In this document: one piece after another, positions 42,048-54,517 of the stretch
Position numbering within the stretch: the stretch's first letter is position 1
Layout: each line of letters opens with the position of its first letter
Assembly: GCF_964204645.1 (NCBI RefSeq)
Contig: NC_134028.1
Location: 4,712,001-4,776,000 of the forward strand
DNA length: 64,000 bases
Direction: 5' to 3'
Origin: Tubulanus polymorphus
Taxonomy: Eukaryota > Animalia > Nemertea
Position numbers and translations under genes: made by a program
Notes under the pieces: generated by a model
Seen by the model: only the letters and a program-made list of their open reading frames with translations
What the model was told of the DNA's origin: nothing
The model's database searches: none

Positions 42048-42895
42048 TATCAAATGATACTAGGAACCCGCCCTAAATTCGTAAATTGTGACTTGTAATA
42101 AGATACTTCCATATTTTTTTAGGTAACTGAGTTCTTTTTTTGCCAAAACTCACTTACTTATTAATTGGTTGTAGCATGAATTATTCATTCACATTATTGA
42201 ATGATCATTCATCGAAATGAAAAACTTTCACTCTTTTCCGACAAATACGAACAGACAACCAGTCTATGCCTGATCCCTGGTGGATTTTCAATGAACTAAT
42301 GGAGATAACCCCTTCTTGTGGAATTTTGATGAACTGAAGTGCAGACGCTTCATTCAAACCAACAACACACTATTTGTAATTCTCGATGGTCGCAGCTGCT
42401 CATTATACAAACAAAACTATTTTCGTCTATAACGTATGTCATTCATGCGTGCATTTTTATTGAAGCTTCTTTCACAGTTACAATGAGTACTAAGTCTGTT
42501 GACTCCAAACATTTTACTTTCTTGAATAAATGAATGACCCACGATTGAACTTAATCAATGTTAGCGGCAGAATGCTAGAAGATGACTGATTTAAGACCCT
42601 CTACAAGGGGAAGGATGCTCTGTAAATTGAATAAGCGTGTCACTCATTTCTAGTATTTACTCTAAAGCATACAAAAACGTTATACCACTGTGATTTATGT
42701 GATTATGAATGGATTCAAATATAATTCCGTGAATAAAGATTACGTAAGTTTACCTATGAGACAAGTAGTAATAAAGTTATGAATGTACTGATTTTATGGT
42801 AATTAGAATTTCATTTAACCCAATTAATGCCTTAATTAATCAACAAATAATAGTTTTAAAGATACATTCAAATCGTTAAGGAACAAGTATAAAGT

Positions 42896-45342
42896 TTATT
42901 TTGATGGTTCTTCGGGGGATGCCTCTTCGTCAGTTTCTCCTCGTGCCGCTGCTTCCTTGGCTAGTCTAGCTGCTTCCTTAGCCTGTCTCTCGCGCTGGAA
43001 ATCTCCGCATACATTCTTCACTTGATCTGGAATTAGAGAAGGGAAAAACAATTTTAAATAGCACCGATGATACGCACAAAAATTGCAAATTGCAAAGTCT
43101 GAGTCGAACTTCATATAGCTCTACTGATGCACAGTGTATGAACAAAAAAACTAAAATTGAAAATCCTCTCATATTATTTACCTTTTTCAAGACCCATACA
43201 TTCTCCCCATTCTGCTAGACTAATTCCTCCACCGCCTCCACAGTCCTTCAGGAAGTCTGTTATACAATGTTCAATTACCATCATAGGCACAGTTATCGCT
43301 TCCAATTCTTCTCCATTTATTTCACTGTGTTCAATTATTAGAAAAAGATGCATCATCATGGGGGGCTCTAGCAGGGGATGGGAGTGCGAACGGCCCGCCA
43401 ACTTTTTTTTAGAAAAGTTCTTTTGCTAGGCTGTTTTGAATATTTCGAATTTACCCATCTTCGTCGACATCTAAATCACAGAATTTCCACAATGTTGGAT
43501 TAATCCACGGAGTATCACTGCCTATTGCACCTCTAGCTAACGCGAATCCTGCTTGTCCCAATGTGCCTCTTCCAGCCTGAAAACAATGTGGACGCCAAAA
43601 TATTCTCATTCTCGCTCAAATAGGAAACTATCGGGTGAATATGAATTCAACACGTACCAAATCAAACATAGTAACAGTCATCCATCGTCTTATCCTTAAT
43701 GGAAATTCGTCCTTCTCATCTTGTGTGCACTCAGCGATATCTGTCAACAAAATCACAGCAAATAGTTTTTGAGAATCCACAGAACATGAATGTGTTCATT
43801 GGAAAAGATATGGGTCTTCGAATCATAGATATATTTTGCAGGATCAAAGGATGCTTGACCATGAACAGGGCACCTTCGAGCCGGATGCGAAAAGACCACC
43901 TCATGTAACAGTTTGTCCACTGGCATAAACTGCCTTTCTACATTTTGAACCTTACGAATGAGATGTTTAGAACGAAGGGTGGATCAAGGGTCTGATCCAT
44001 GGAGGGGTGCAATAGGGCAAGTCATGTATATAATGAAAAGAAAGCTCGTCGCAAAACATTAACCAATTTTCGAAAATACTGAGGACAAGCACATTTTTAG
44101 GAATACGTAGGTTAATTTTTTTCATTTTCCGTCAAATTTCAGGGCAACTTGACATTTCTAGGGGGTGGGGCACCCCCTGTGTTCTCCCCTTGGAACCGCC
44201 CCTGTTTCCGATATGCGACGTACATTGACAAGCTCCGTAATGTTTCAATCTGGCTGAACCTTTTCCATTGCAGCCGGGCTCCTTGTTTTTACACATACAA
44301 TTCTGTCGTTCCATCTCGCACAAACTCGCAACCGTTTCGTTTCGATTATTGCAGACCTAAGTAAACCATGTAGAAAAACACTTTTAACATCAGTTCTATT
44401 TTCTACGAAGTTGAAAAGGAGAAGACGTCTCTAAACAGTTCTCTTACTCGCATCCGTTGGTTGTATGCCGGTGGGCAGCTCGTTTGGCAAATACATTTAG
44501 CGGTGTAATCCTCTTGCGTTTCGCATTCCATACCTTTCGGACATTCTTTGGTCAAACAAGGGTCTTAACGATAAAGACAACACGAGAAAAGATAATTCAG
44601 GGAAATGCACAAAATCTAGCGATGTAAACTAAAACGTCGGTTGGAAAATTACTTCTAAGCACATGTATACAAGAAAGATTCTGTTTCTATACTGATATAG
44701 GTCCCCCTTCATATTTTACATTTATTTTCAAAAATAACTCATGCGATTATAAGTACGATGACGTCATCACGTCTGCGCGTAATGTATGACCTTGACCTTA
44801 CCGACTGGTTCCTCGGGACGTTTATAGTCGTACTCTTCTTCTTCCCCGTTCTCAGAACCGGCATCAGGTCCATCCTTTTAAACAATAATCAACAACATCA
44901 TATATGCACGTCAAGTATTTTTATACATAAATATCATGTTTGTTTAAAAATCATTTATTGTGTCTTACTAAATCTCCTACGTCTGGTTGTGGTGACGTCT
45001 GAAATTCGAGTAATATTCATAGTTTATTACAAAGAAACCCGAAACGATATGCATATGCGGGCACTAATATAAACATATGGAATTAAACAGTTTCATGTTA
45101 TTTTTTTCTATCATGAAATATTCCATGAAAAATTCTCATTATTTCACTTTTAACACAATCACTGAAAAATCGGTAATTTTGAATCGAAGATTAGTTCATT
45201 TACATACGTATGTTAAAACGTCTGCAGAACACGTGAAACTACTCATTTTATCTTGATGTCTGTTTGGCCTTACCTGAGAGCGAACGTACGTTAAAAGTAT
45301 ACTGCATAGGAGCAATGCCAGACTCCAAGATAAAACCTTCAT
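42896..45342 (-). CDS. SPARC: SPARC/osteonectin-family secreted protein
   Basis: Exons about 45342-45274 (signal peptide), 44998-44969, 44875-44802 (acidic), 44564-44448 (FOLN: DPCLTKECPKGMEC..AKCICQTSCP), 44356-44224 (Kazal), 43740-43658 (FPLRIRRW), 43576-43456 (WKFCDLDVDEDG), 43324-43182 (EHCITDFLKDC...EWGECMGL) and 43026-42896. Confidence 0.93.
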
Positions 45343-47163
45343 CCTGAAACTAAAAAAGTTACGCATCTCGCTACAGTGCACCTCCACTACCGATTATCGC
45401 GACGGGTACATATCTTAACTCCAAGGCGTGGCCAGACATTTTATCTTTAGCATACAAATACATACTAAGTACATTTCAGGGTCAAATAGGATCGATAAGT
45501 CATTGCGAGCGGTCTGATACGCAAAACTTTTTGGTGGCCCGAAGTAAGTTGAGGCCAAAAAGAAAATGATCCCTTGAAAATTACGTTTAGCAATTCTAAA
45601 TATCTGTCTGCCGTAACATATTTTTCTTAAGCGTGTCGAGCCATCAGGTATGATACACGTTTAGCTACTGAATGATGTTTATTTTGGCTACAGTCTCTGC
45701 AGTCGAGTACAAAAAAGCTGAAGTCATCGTTTCTAAAATAACTCCCGCTCATCAGTACATACACGCAAAACGTGTAAGCCTATGTGTAATATACAAGAAG
45801 CTGTTTTTGCAGTTTTTTTTTAATGAGAAACGATAAGTTTTTCTACATGAGGGATATTACATCCATTTTCACCAGATTAAGAGAAAAAAAACCAGTAAAT
45901 TCAGCATATATTTGAGATTTTAAGATGATACAGAATTTTCGGCGAAAACCGTTGATCACATCTACGAAAATCTCAAAATGAAAGATGAATTTTGAAAGAT
46001 GAATTTTGTGGTTTTTTTAACAGTATTTCCGAAAAAGATATACATTTTTTGATAAACTTTATGGTTTTAGCATCGAGTTATGAAAGTTATTTAGCATTCA
46101 AAAGAATCTTTTACATATATGATCAATTCTATATTCGATGTACGTGCGCTCACCGCACAAGAAAGCATTCTTTAATTAACTAGGGTTAAATTCCTACCTT
46201 TTCTGATCTTTCTTTTCAATTCTCGTTATATCGACTAATTCTTATCGAATCCGTGCCTCAAAATCCACACCTAGGAGTTCTTTTTTATAAGGGAGAGTTG
46301 AAAGAAAGCTCTCCCAATGTCTGCAGTGGTATCTTGATGCGGAGAGAAGTGCCTTGAAGAATAAATCGACGCGGTACGTGGTTATTTTTCTTGCCTCGCT
46401 AAAGACGGGATACCAGCTCCAGGTAAATAAAAACTGTATGATCCAGACTATACACATCACGATTTACAAGGCTAAACAAAATGGATTTATTGTTTCTCTG
46501 TTTTTCTAATCGACCGAGGTTGAAGGGGCTGGGCGAAGAGAAACGCCTACTGAGCTTAGGTAATAGCGGCAATTCAGCACTAATTTTCTGTAAATTTGTC
46601 GACTTTAAGATTCATTGATATATGGATGAGAGGGTGTGGTACTTACACCAGCGTTCATTATTATATTTCATTTTTAGGCGCACTAGTCCGATCGGCAGCT
46701 TGCGTAGGGGAGGGGTCCCGGGGGCCTTAAAAATGTGGGAAAACTAAATTCCAAAACAAAATTATCATGCAATTAAGTTATATTAGCAAAAAGTAGGGCA
46801 CCCGGCCCGTGGAATCCACACTTATTATAAGTAAATTATTCATCACACCCGCAGTAATTACACTAGTTCCGAGAAATACCACTAGGATACCGTACGAGAA
46901 TGCTACTAAAATAAACCCCGGCAAGCGAGTATCAACTCCCACGATACAGCTTTGGCGGCATTTCTCCGAACCAATGAAATCAATACAAGCTCCGATAACT
47001 AAAAAAACGGCATATGGCATATTTATTCGATTCTTACAATTAATATTAATTTCATGGCATTATCAATTGAATCAATCTGTACTTATACCAAAAGAATAGA
47101 CTCAAATAATACAACGCTTAAAACAGAGAACAATTATTAACAATTTCGTGTGGTATGTATCCA

Positions 47164-47236
47164 GCCCTCGTGGCGCAACGGATAGCGCGCTGGACTTCTA
47201 ATCCAGAGGTTCTGGGTTCGAATCCCAGCGAGGGTG
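47164..47236 (+). tRNA. tRNA-Arg (anticodon TCT), intronless
   Basis: 73-nt cloverleaf: acceptor GCCCTCG/CGAGGGT, D arm GCGC/GCGC, anticodon arm CTGGA-CTTCTAA-TCCAG, T arm CTGGG-TTCGAAT-CCCAG. T5 Pol III terminator at 47241. Confidence 0.97.
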
Positions 47237-47381
47237 AAAATTTTTCCCTCGTGAGCCGTCGACGCCACCAAAGACAGCAAACTTATTAACGTACTTTATC
47301 AGGCACCAATGAAATTCCTGTTATTTTGCGTAATTCCTCTGTTATTTCGTGCGTGTATACGTCAAACTATCAAAAGCACAA

Positions 47382-47524
47382 GGGGTCATTCATTTATTAC
47401 GTACGCATTGGGGAGGGGAGGTCAGTGCAATTGCGTACTTTAAAGCATATTAAAAAGTGGCTGATTTTGAGTACGGGGTTGAAAAATTCAAATTGTATGC
47501 GTACGTAATAAATGAATGATCCCC
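47382..47524. mobile_element. PIF/Harbinger-like MITE
   Basis: ~26-bp TIR GGGGTCATTCATTTATTACGTACGCA / TGCGTACGTAATAAATGAATGATCCCC; flanks CAA and TAA. Confidence 0.82.
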
Positions 47525-47631
47525 TAACACATAATGTCAAACAATCAAAGCCAAAGAGATATTATATTGTAAACCATGAAAGGTATTTTTTTTTCCTCAT
47601 TTCTGTACAAGACAAAGAAATCGATATAGAT

Positions 47632-50062
47632 TTAGTTTTTATATCCTCTGCTGGCACGTCGACCACGAGCGCGTTCGAATTTACGTCCCTTACTTCGAAC
47701 GAGAGGTTTCGAGTGACTATGAGGAACACCAGGAGCTCGGCCGAAATGTTTGTACGCCTCACGAGCTTTCCTCGGTCCTGCAAAAATAATCAAATCAAAT
47801 ATTAATCTATGTTCAATCGAAATCCAAAAACTGAAAAGAATTTACCAAGAGAGTTAGGATCAATTTAGTCTCACAATTGGAACCTTGAAAACAGGGCTTA
47901 TTTGGACAATAAATTCAATGGGCGAATTACTGGGTAATGCAGTAGACTGATCACAATTCAAACCCTGAAACCTAGTAGCTGAATTGGTTAGCTTCGTTTT
48001 ACTCAAAATTTGCGTTGAAACAATTTTTGACCCTAGTTCTCAACGTTACACCATCTGACTAGAGTAACCTCTACAACTGTACATTCCAACATTCAGCAGA
48101 TATCACTCTACGGTCAAAAGATCTGACTTGAGAGCAGAGTCTATTGCATCTTCTCACTCAGATATCTTTCTCAAATATAAAGACCAGACTTCAGAGGTGT
48201 CAACCGTATCATCCAACTCTGATATCACTCTCAAGTCAAAAGATCAGACTTGAGCAGAGTTTACTGTATCATCCTACTCGGATATCACTCTCAAGTCAAA
48301 AGATCTGACTTGAGAAGAGTTTAGTGTACCATCCAACTCGGATATCATCCTCAAGTCATAAGATCTGAATTGAAAGCAGAGTATATTGCATCCTTCAACT
48401 GATTCAGATATATCTCTCAAATCTTAAGCTCAGACTTGACTCAGATAACACTCTCAAGTCAAAAGATCTGATTTGTCAATTTACTGTACCATCCAACTCA
48501 CATTAATCTCAAATTCAAAGAGAGACTTGAGCGGAGTCTACTGTACCATCCAACTCGAGATATATCACTCAAATTCGAAGACCAGACTTGAGCAGAGTCT
48601 ACAGATATATCACTCTCAAGTCATAAGATCTGAGTTGAGAGCAGAATTGCATCTTCCAACTGACTCGGATATATCTATCAAATCTAAAGATCAGACTTGA
48701 GAGGTGTCTTTGTGTATTGTCCAACTCAGATATCACTCTCAAGTCAAAAGATCTGATTTGTCAATTTACTGTACCATCCAACCATCAAAGATCAGACTTG
48801 AGTAGAGTCAGAATCATCTAACTCAGATATCATTCAACTTGAGCGGAGCCTTATTTTTCATCCAACTCAGATATTACTCTTAAATGAAAAGATTTAACTT
48901 GATCGGAGCCTACAATAGAACTTAATCATTTTGACATAAAATAGAAAGAATTTTTTGTGAGTTTTATACCTTGCATGAGGACAGTATTCTTTCCCTTCGG
49001 AGAACGAAGCGCTAACTGATCGAATGTGATAATTTCACCGCCGTTTTCTAGAATTCGAGCACGAGCTCCTTCAGTTATACGCAGAGCGCAAACCTGAAAA
49101 ATATAGAAACAATTATCAATAACAGAATGACTGACTCGCTGTAGCTATCATTCATAGAACCCTGCCCGCTCCGCCATCTATGAATAAAGAAGTGAACTAA
49201 CCTTCAGTTTTGGAACTTTCATCAGTCTGACATCATCAGTTACAGTTCCGACGATGACTGCTATTTTATCAGCACGTCCGGGTTTCTTCATCATTCGAAC
49301 CTAGCAATTAAAACATAATCATTCATTCACTGCTGATCAGGAGCAACACGACAGACCACTATTGACCCCCCTTTCTCCCTATACGGGTCCTCCTTATTAC
49401 CGAGATGACGTAAAATATGACTCCAGCAGGTATTTATTACTGATATAATATGATTTCAAGTGTTAAAATCGATAAGGAATAAATAAATATGTTATATTTC
49501 ATGTCATCTCAGTTGATCTTGGCAATAAGGAGGACTGCCCTATACATCTCTCGTATCCTTAAACACTCCGTAAAATTGCACTAATGTGAAGCTCATTGGA
49601 AATGTGATTTGAAGGGACAAGAGATAATGTTGATTAGTAATGAATACTTACAAGACGAGCTATTGAAAGCGGTGGTCGATTGTTCTTGCTCATAAACAGT
49701 CGTTTCAGGATGATCTTATTGAACTTGGCGTTCGTTCGTCGAGCCAAGAATCTATACAGCTGAAAACATAAACCAAACTCAGTAAATCTATAACGTTAGA
49801 AAAAGCCACAATGAATAATGTTTGAAATATCGCCTTGTATCTCAACGGCAGCGCTTACCTTGACAAGCAGTAATAGATAAACATCCTTGCTTCGGGGTTC
49901 TTTTCGGACGACCTTACGGTCTTTATTGTGACGGATGTCGACACCCTAAAATAAGCACACATTTACGATGATATATATTAAACGGTTTTTGAGATTCTAT
50001 TGATAGAGGAATGAACGGATGAAAGAAGATTTGATTAAAATGTTTATTTTATTACACACCAT
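47632..50062 (-). CDS. RPL18: 60S ribosomal protein L18 (eL18)
   Basis: Exons 50062-50060 (ATG), 49945-49859, 49759-49652, 49300-49202, 49093-48970 and 47777-47632 total 567 nt (188 aa): [25 protein letters not shown]...[16 protein letters not shown]. Confidence 0.98.
48050..48910. repeat. Degenerate ~60-bp tandem satellite in an RPL18 intron
   Basis: About 14 units resembling agatcagacttgagcagagtttactgtatcatccaactcggatatcactctcaagtcaaa. Confidence 0.88.
49384..49540. mobile_element. Small TA-flanked inverted-repeat MITE in an RPL18 intron
   Basis: GGTCCTCCTTATTACCGAGATGACGTAAAATAT is inverted at ATATTTCATGTCATCTC...GGCAATAAGGAGGACT. Confidence 0.6.
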
Positions 50063-50077
50063 TCTGATTCCGGGTTC

Positions 50078-50098
50078 GAGAGAGGAAGTAGAAGAGAA
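50078..50098 (-). promoter_or_regulatory. TCT/5'TOP polypyrimidine initiator of RPL18
   Basis: Minus-strand TTCTCTTCTACTTCCTCTCTC about 15-35 nt upstream of the ATG, typical of ribosomal protein genes. The promoter region is shared head-to-head with TMEM130 (about 320 bp between ATGs). Confidence 0.75.
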
Positions 50099-50384
50099 CT
50101 ATGGGTAATTCGGTGTGGCTATGTGACTGTTGATGGCGCCACAGTCGTGAATCTGATATCTCATCTCGTTAGTCGATTGTCTAATATCTTGCAATAGTTC
50201 ACAAGCTCGGTTATAGGTGGCAGTACGATCGAACGCGGAAATGTAATCGATGACATGTGCATGTGCGGGTAAAACATGCGTTTTTCACTTCACAGAATTC
50301 GACGAATATCCGCTATAAAGTATGAATGATACGTAACAACAACCACAAAGACTGATGGAACCAGTCTGAGTGAACCATAGAATC

Positions 50385-53100
50385 ATGTATCAAATATTGT
50401 GCTGGTCTATTCTTCTGATTTGGGTGAACAGACTCGATGGAAAGGATGAAAAAAGTTTCAGAAGTTTTGATTCTCCATCATCATCATCAGCTGCAGCGCT
50501 GACAGATTTTTACAACGACGAATCTCTATCTTATAGTGAGTTGGTTCATCTGCATCACTTTCCACCAGTCATTTTGTTATCTGATATATCCTTTTTAGAC
50601 TAATTAATTCAAAATTAATGTGAGCCTACTACCATTATTGTTAATCATCAATTTTCTAATGAACTACTAACTGTTCTTTATTTATTTTAGATGAAGAGAA
50701 GAGTTACTCATTGATATTAAATAATTCCGGTCCGGCAGTTCTGGACTCGACAGTCACATTCTCTGCGCATCTTATCGGAAAACATGCACCTGTTAAACCA
50801 GGTGAACTCGAATACCGATGGTGGGATGATATTGATCTTTTGCCAAGATATACATTTGGTGATTTAACCGGGACGTATAAAAGAGTTTATGAGTCGGTTA
50901 GTACGAAAAGTGGCAATTATTCGATGCAAGTGAAAGTATTCAAAAAGAATCAGATTTTATCGAAAGCGCTGGCGGAGGGCAAGATGTATTTCATTCTTAC
51001 AGGTAGCTATTACATTATTATAAAAAACCCACAATATTGAAGATTATTAAAGAAAATGAGTTTAACTGATTTTTCCTACTCATCTTCATAGATTTGTTTG
51101 AATGAAAAATAGATGTTTTTCTAATAGATATCTGAAGATAGTCAGTATAAAGGATTTTCATTGCTTAATTTCAATAATGTGGGTCTTTCGTACGACTCGA
51201 TCTTCATGCTCTTTGTGATTGAAATTACACTCCGATTGCCTGAAAATCATTCTTCCCAAAATTCTTCCCAAAACATCAGGGGCCGGTTGCTCAAAAGTTG
51301 GTTAGAGTTAACCAGTGGATAGTTGATATGGTGACAATTGAAATTTCATTGTTACTATGGTATTTAACAACTTGTTATCATTAACCAACCTTTGAGCAAC
51401 TGGCCCCAGTATGACAAATTAGGTCTTTCGCCTACACGAGACTGTGACGAGTCTATGTGATTTCAATGATGAAATCTTTATAATCTTTACCATTGACATT
51501 ATTTGTGGATTATTTAATTTCATGATAGATAAGCTGAATGTGGGAATAAAGGTTACTCAGAGAACATCTACTTTACAACCAAAAGTCGATACAGTTTCAA
51601 CAGCATCACCATTCACACTGACGGCTATCATCCGAGATGATATCAGTTCACCTAAACTAACGTATCAATGGAATCTAAATGGATCGACTCCAAAAAATAC
51701 AACGTCACAAAACAATCAGATCATCTTACATTTAAAAACGGTTGGAGTTTATAATATTGAGTTATACGTTAATGCAACATTCGAGGAACTTCCAGGATTT
51801 CCCATCACTAAATTTGGATATCTAAAACAAGTCTTATATGCCAAAGGTAAAATATATGATATTTCATATTACTCTATGTTATGTTTGACAGCTTATTCAC
51901 CAGAAACCATCATTGATTATTCCCATTTTAGATCCAATTAGTAACGTAGAATTTCCTGAAAAGTCACTTTATAAAGTTGGAAATGTTTTCAAGACGAATG
52001 TGACATGTAGTTGCAGGTAAGTCAATGACCGTCCAGTAATATGACTATTTCATATTAGCGGTCAAACACAGTAATAAGGGATTTACATGATGGAACCTTT
52101 TAAGTTTGTAAACTTAACAGAATCTAATTTCTGTCGATCAGCCATCTGAATCTAATCATCTTCCCCTTATCCTTAGTCACATATTAGTCTATATAACACT
52201 AATTATTTGTATTTATTTATGTCTATTGAACTGTTTAACAACCTTATAACAATTGAACTATAATCAGCAGGTAAAGATATCGAATTAGGCGATGTTGATA
52301 ATACACTGTGTTTATATAGTGACAGATTGTATATACATGTGAAACTAATTGAACGAATTGGAAATAAGTTGTATCCATCACCGTCCGAATCCAGTCATAA
52401 TCCATAACCTCATAATTCAATCACTCACGCACATACATTCTGTCTTTACTGTAGTAATCTGAGAAATTTTGTTTGTTTTCAGTCCACCATCGTCATTATG
52501 TTGGAATTTCCGTAAGAAAGGAACTCAAAGACGTAGACCAATGATGTGTTTTTACTTGGATAAAAATTGTAATTTTCCGATTGAACAGCAGTTTAATGAG
52601 AGCGGCATTTACTTTCTACATGGTATTCTATTCAATGATATCAGTATTCGATATTTGGCTGCTTCTTTCCAAGTTTACGATCCAAAAGGTAAAATGAATG
52701 AAATGTTTCTAAAACTAAAAGGATTTGTATATTTACCAGAATACATTTGATTTAAAGCCCTAGAATTATGTAACTGTTTTTGCAGGTAATTGTAATGTCC
52801 CTCAATATATTTGTAGAGGAATTAGACGCAGCTCCGATAGTAATCCCGATTGTATTCGGTGGTCTCGGAATCGTAGCCATCATCATCGCGATCGTTTACC
52901 ATTTTCGAGTGAACAGACGTCCCGACATCGAAGTCGCCAACTTCGGTTTCCATGGTCACCGCGTTCGAGAACCGAGGTGGTACGTTAAACTGAGTAGAAA
53001 CGCGACGAGATTTCTATCGAAAAGTTTCCATCGGAGGAATAACGCCAACGTACAAGAGTGGCAGGACACTTCGAGCCAATACGGCTCCACAAAAACATGA
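50385..53100 (+). CDS. TMEM130: TMEM130-like type I membrane protein (PKD-domain)
   Basis: Exons about 50385-50535 (signal peptide), 50691-51002 (LNNSGPAVLDSTVTFSAHL), 51529-51847 (PKD-like LTYQW), 51931-52016, 52483-52688 (SPPSSLCW) and 52817-53100 (TM helix followed by IEVANFGF, cf. EVADFDF in TMEM130). Confidence 0.8.
51280..51406. mobile_element. PIF/Harbinger-like MITE with CAG TSD
   Basis: 25-bp TIR GGGCCGGTTGCTCAAAAGTTGGTTA / TAACCAACCTTTGAGCAACTGGCCC with CAG on both sides. A related degenerate copy lies at about 23352-23560. Confidence 0.85.
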
Positions 53101-54517
53101 TTCACTATCGATGAATAGAATTCCATTATATATATTATTGTGACCATGCAAACTATACGCAACTTTCACAGTAGTTTTAGTTACTGGTATGTGATATATT
53201 TGATATACTGCTGTGCTCATCATACCGGTAATTACTATAAAGTAAGTAAATTGATACCTTGTTTCTCCTACAGCGTCAACTTTTAAGCTCAGCAGAAAGG
53301 AGAAACGAGGTATCATTTTTTTTCGGCCTAAGATGTTTCTTATTCACTAGCGGCTGTAAATATTTCACCAGAGTTCAGAAGAGTCGGAATAAAAATTCAC
53401 CAAGTAAGGCAATGTATTCATAACTATTCCTCTCAAATTGAACTTGCGAGATTAAGGTTCCACAGGTAATATGTGATAAACGGTTTGTAATATTCGGACA
53501 ATTTTGTCTTTAATGATTTCTATCAAGCTTGTTATTTGTATCTCAAATTAATATTTAGATTGTTAAAGTTATTTTTTAAATCAATGCATGATTATATATT
53601 ATTAAATGTACATGAATACGGAATCAACTTCAATTGTTTGTTATTTGTGCTATTTTCATATCAAATCAAGATGCCAAATAAAATGCATTATCAATGCTCA
53701 AGATTTTTCTCGTGCTTAATTCGTTGACATCCACTTTTAACATGTTGAGAAACTTGCAGGTTCAGGCCAGTCCTGGATACAGATGGTAATTCTGAGTGAA
53801 CCACCAGGGGGTGTTGTGTCTAAATATATCTGATGATGCCAAGGTCCTCGGTGGACCACCAGACATAAGGTTCTAGGTAAACGGCTATGATGCTCTCGAC
53901 GTACAATAAATCCTCATGCGGTGAATAAAAATAAAGGACGAACAAATGAATTTAAATCTTTACACTCAATTTATTTTAAACATATTACATATGTACAGAG
54001 AATAGTAGCTAAGGATCCCTGAAGTGATATTTAACCGGTAGTCGTTTGAGCAAGCATTAATAATAATAATAATGATAATCATAATCCTCATTCATTAGAA
54101 ATAAAATCTAATACATTTCATTCATAATTTACAGTAAAATCAATAACAATTGCAACATATATTTCATATTAACAGTATGTGTAGCCAGTTACACAAAATT
54201 ATGATTAGTCAGTCGTGATGACCTCATTTCTCATGATTCAATGTTTAATTCCTGATTAACTTCATGAAACTGTACTATATACATGTACACCGAAAACAGG
54301 AATAATACTAATGTAGTTTTTTTTTCTGAAATCGTTCAAAGTTCAAATATTTTGCAAGTACATTTAGATCAAAGCAAGCATAATATCAGTTGGGGATGGT
54401 AGGTAGTTGTCTCATAGCCTCCAGCAGGGATGACAGGTACAGGTAGTTGTCTTATAGCCCACAGGTGTTTGTCGTCAGTCAGCGTATACTTAATGCACAT
54501 CTATGATTCTTCTAATA

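Noticed and set aside
48050-48910. Regularly spaced repeats resembling a CRISPR array
   Set aside because: Whole ~60-bp units are homologous with no unique spacers; the array is intronic in a eukaryotic gene with no cas genes.
47778-49858. Intronic snoRNAs in RPL18
   Set aside because: No paired C (RTGATGA) and D (CTGA) boxes or convincing H/ACA fold were found; the hairpin at 49384-49540 is better explained as a MITE.
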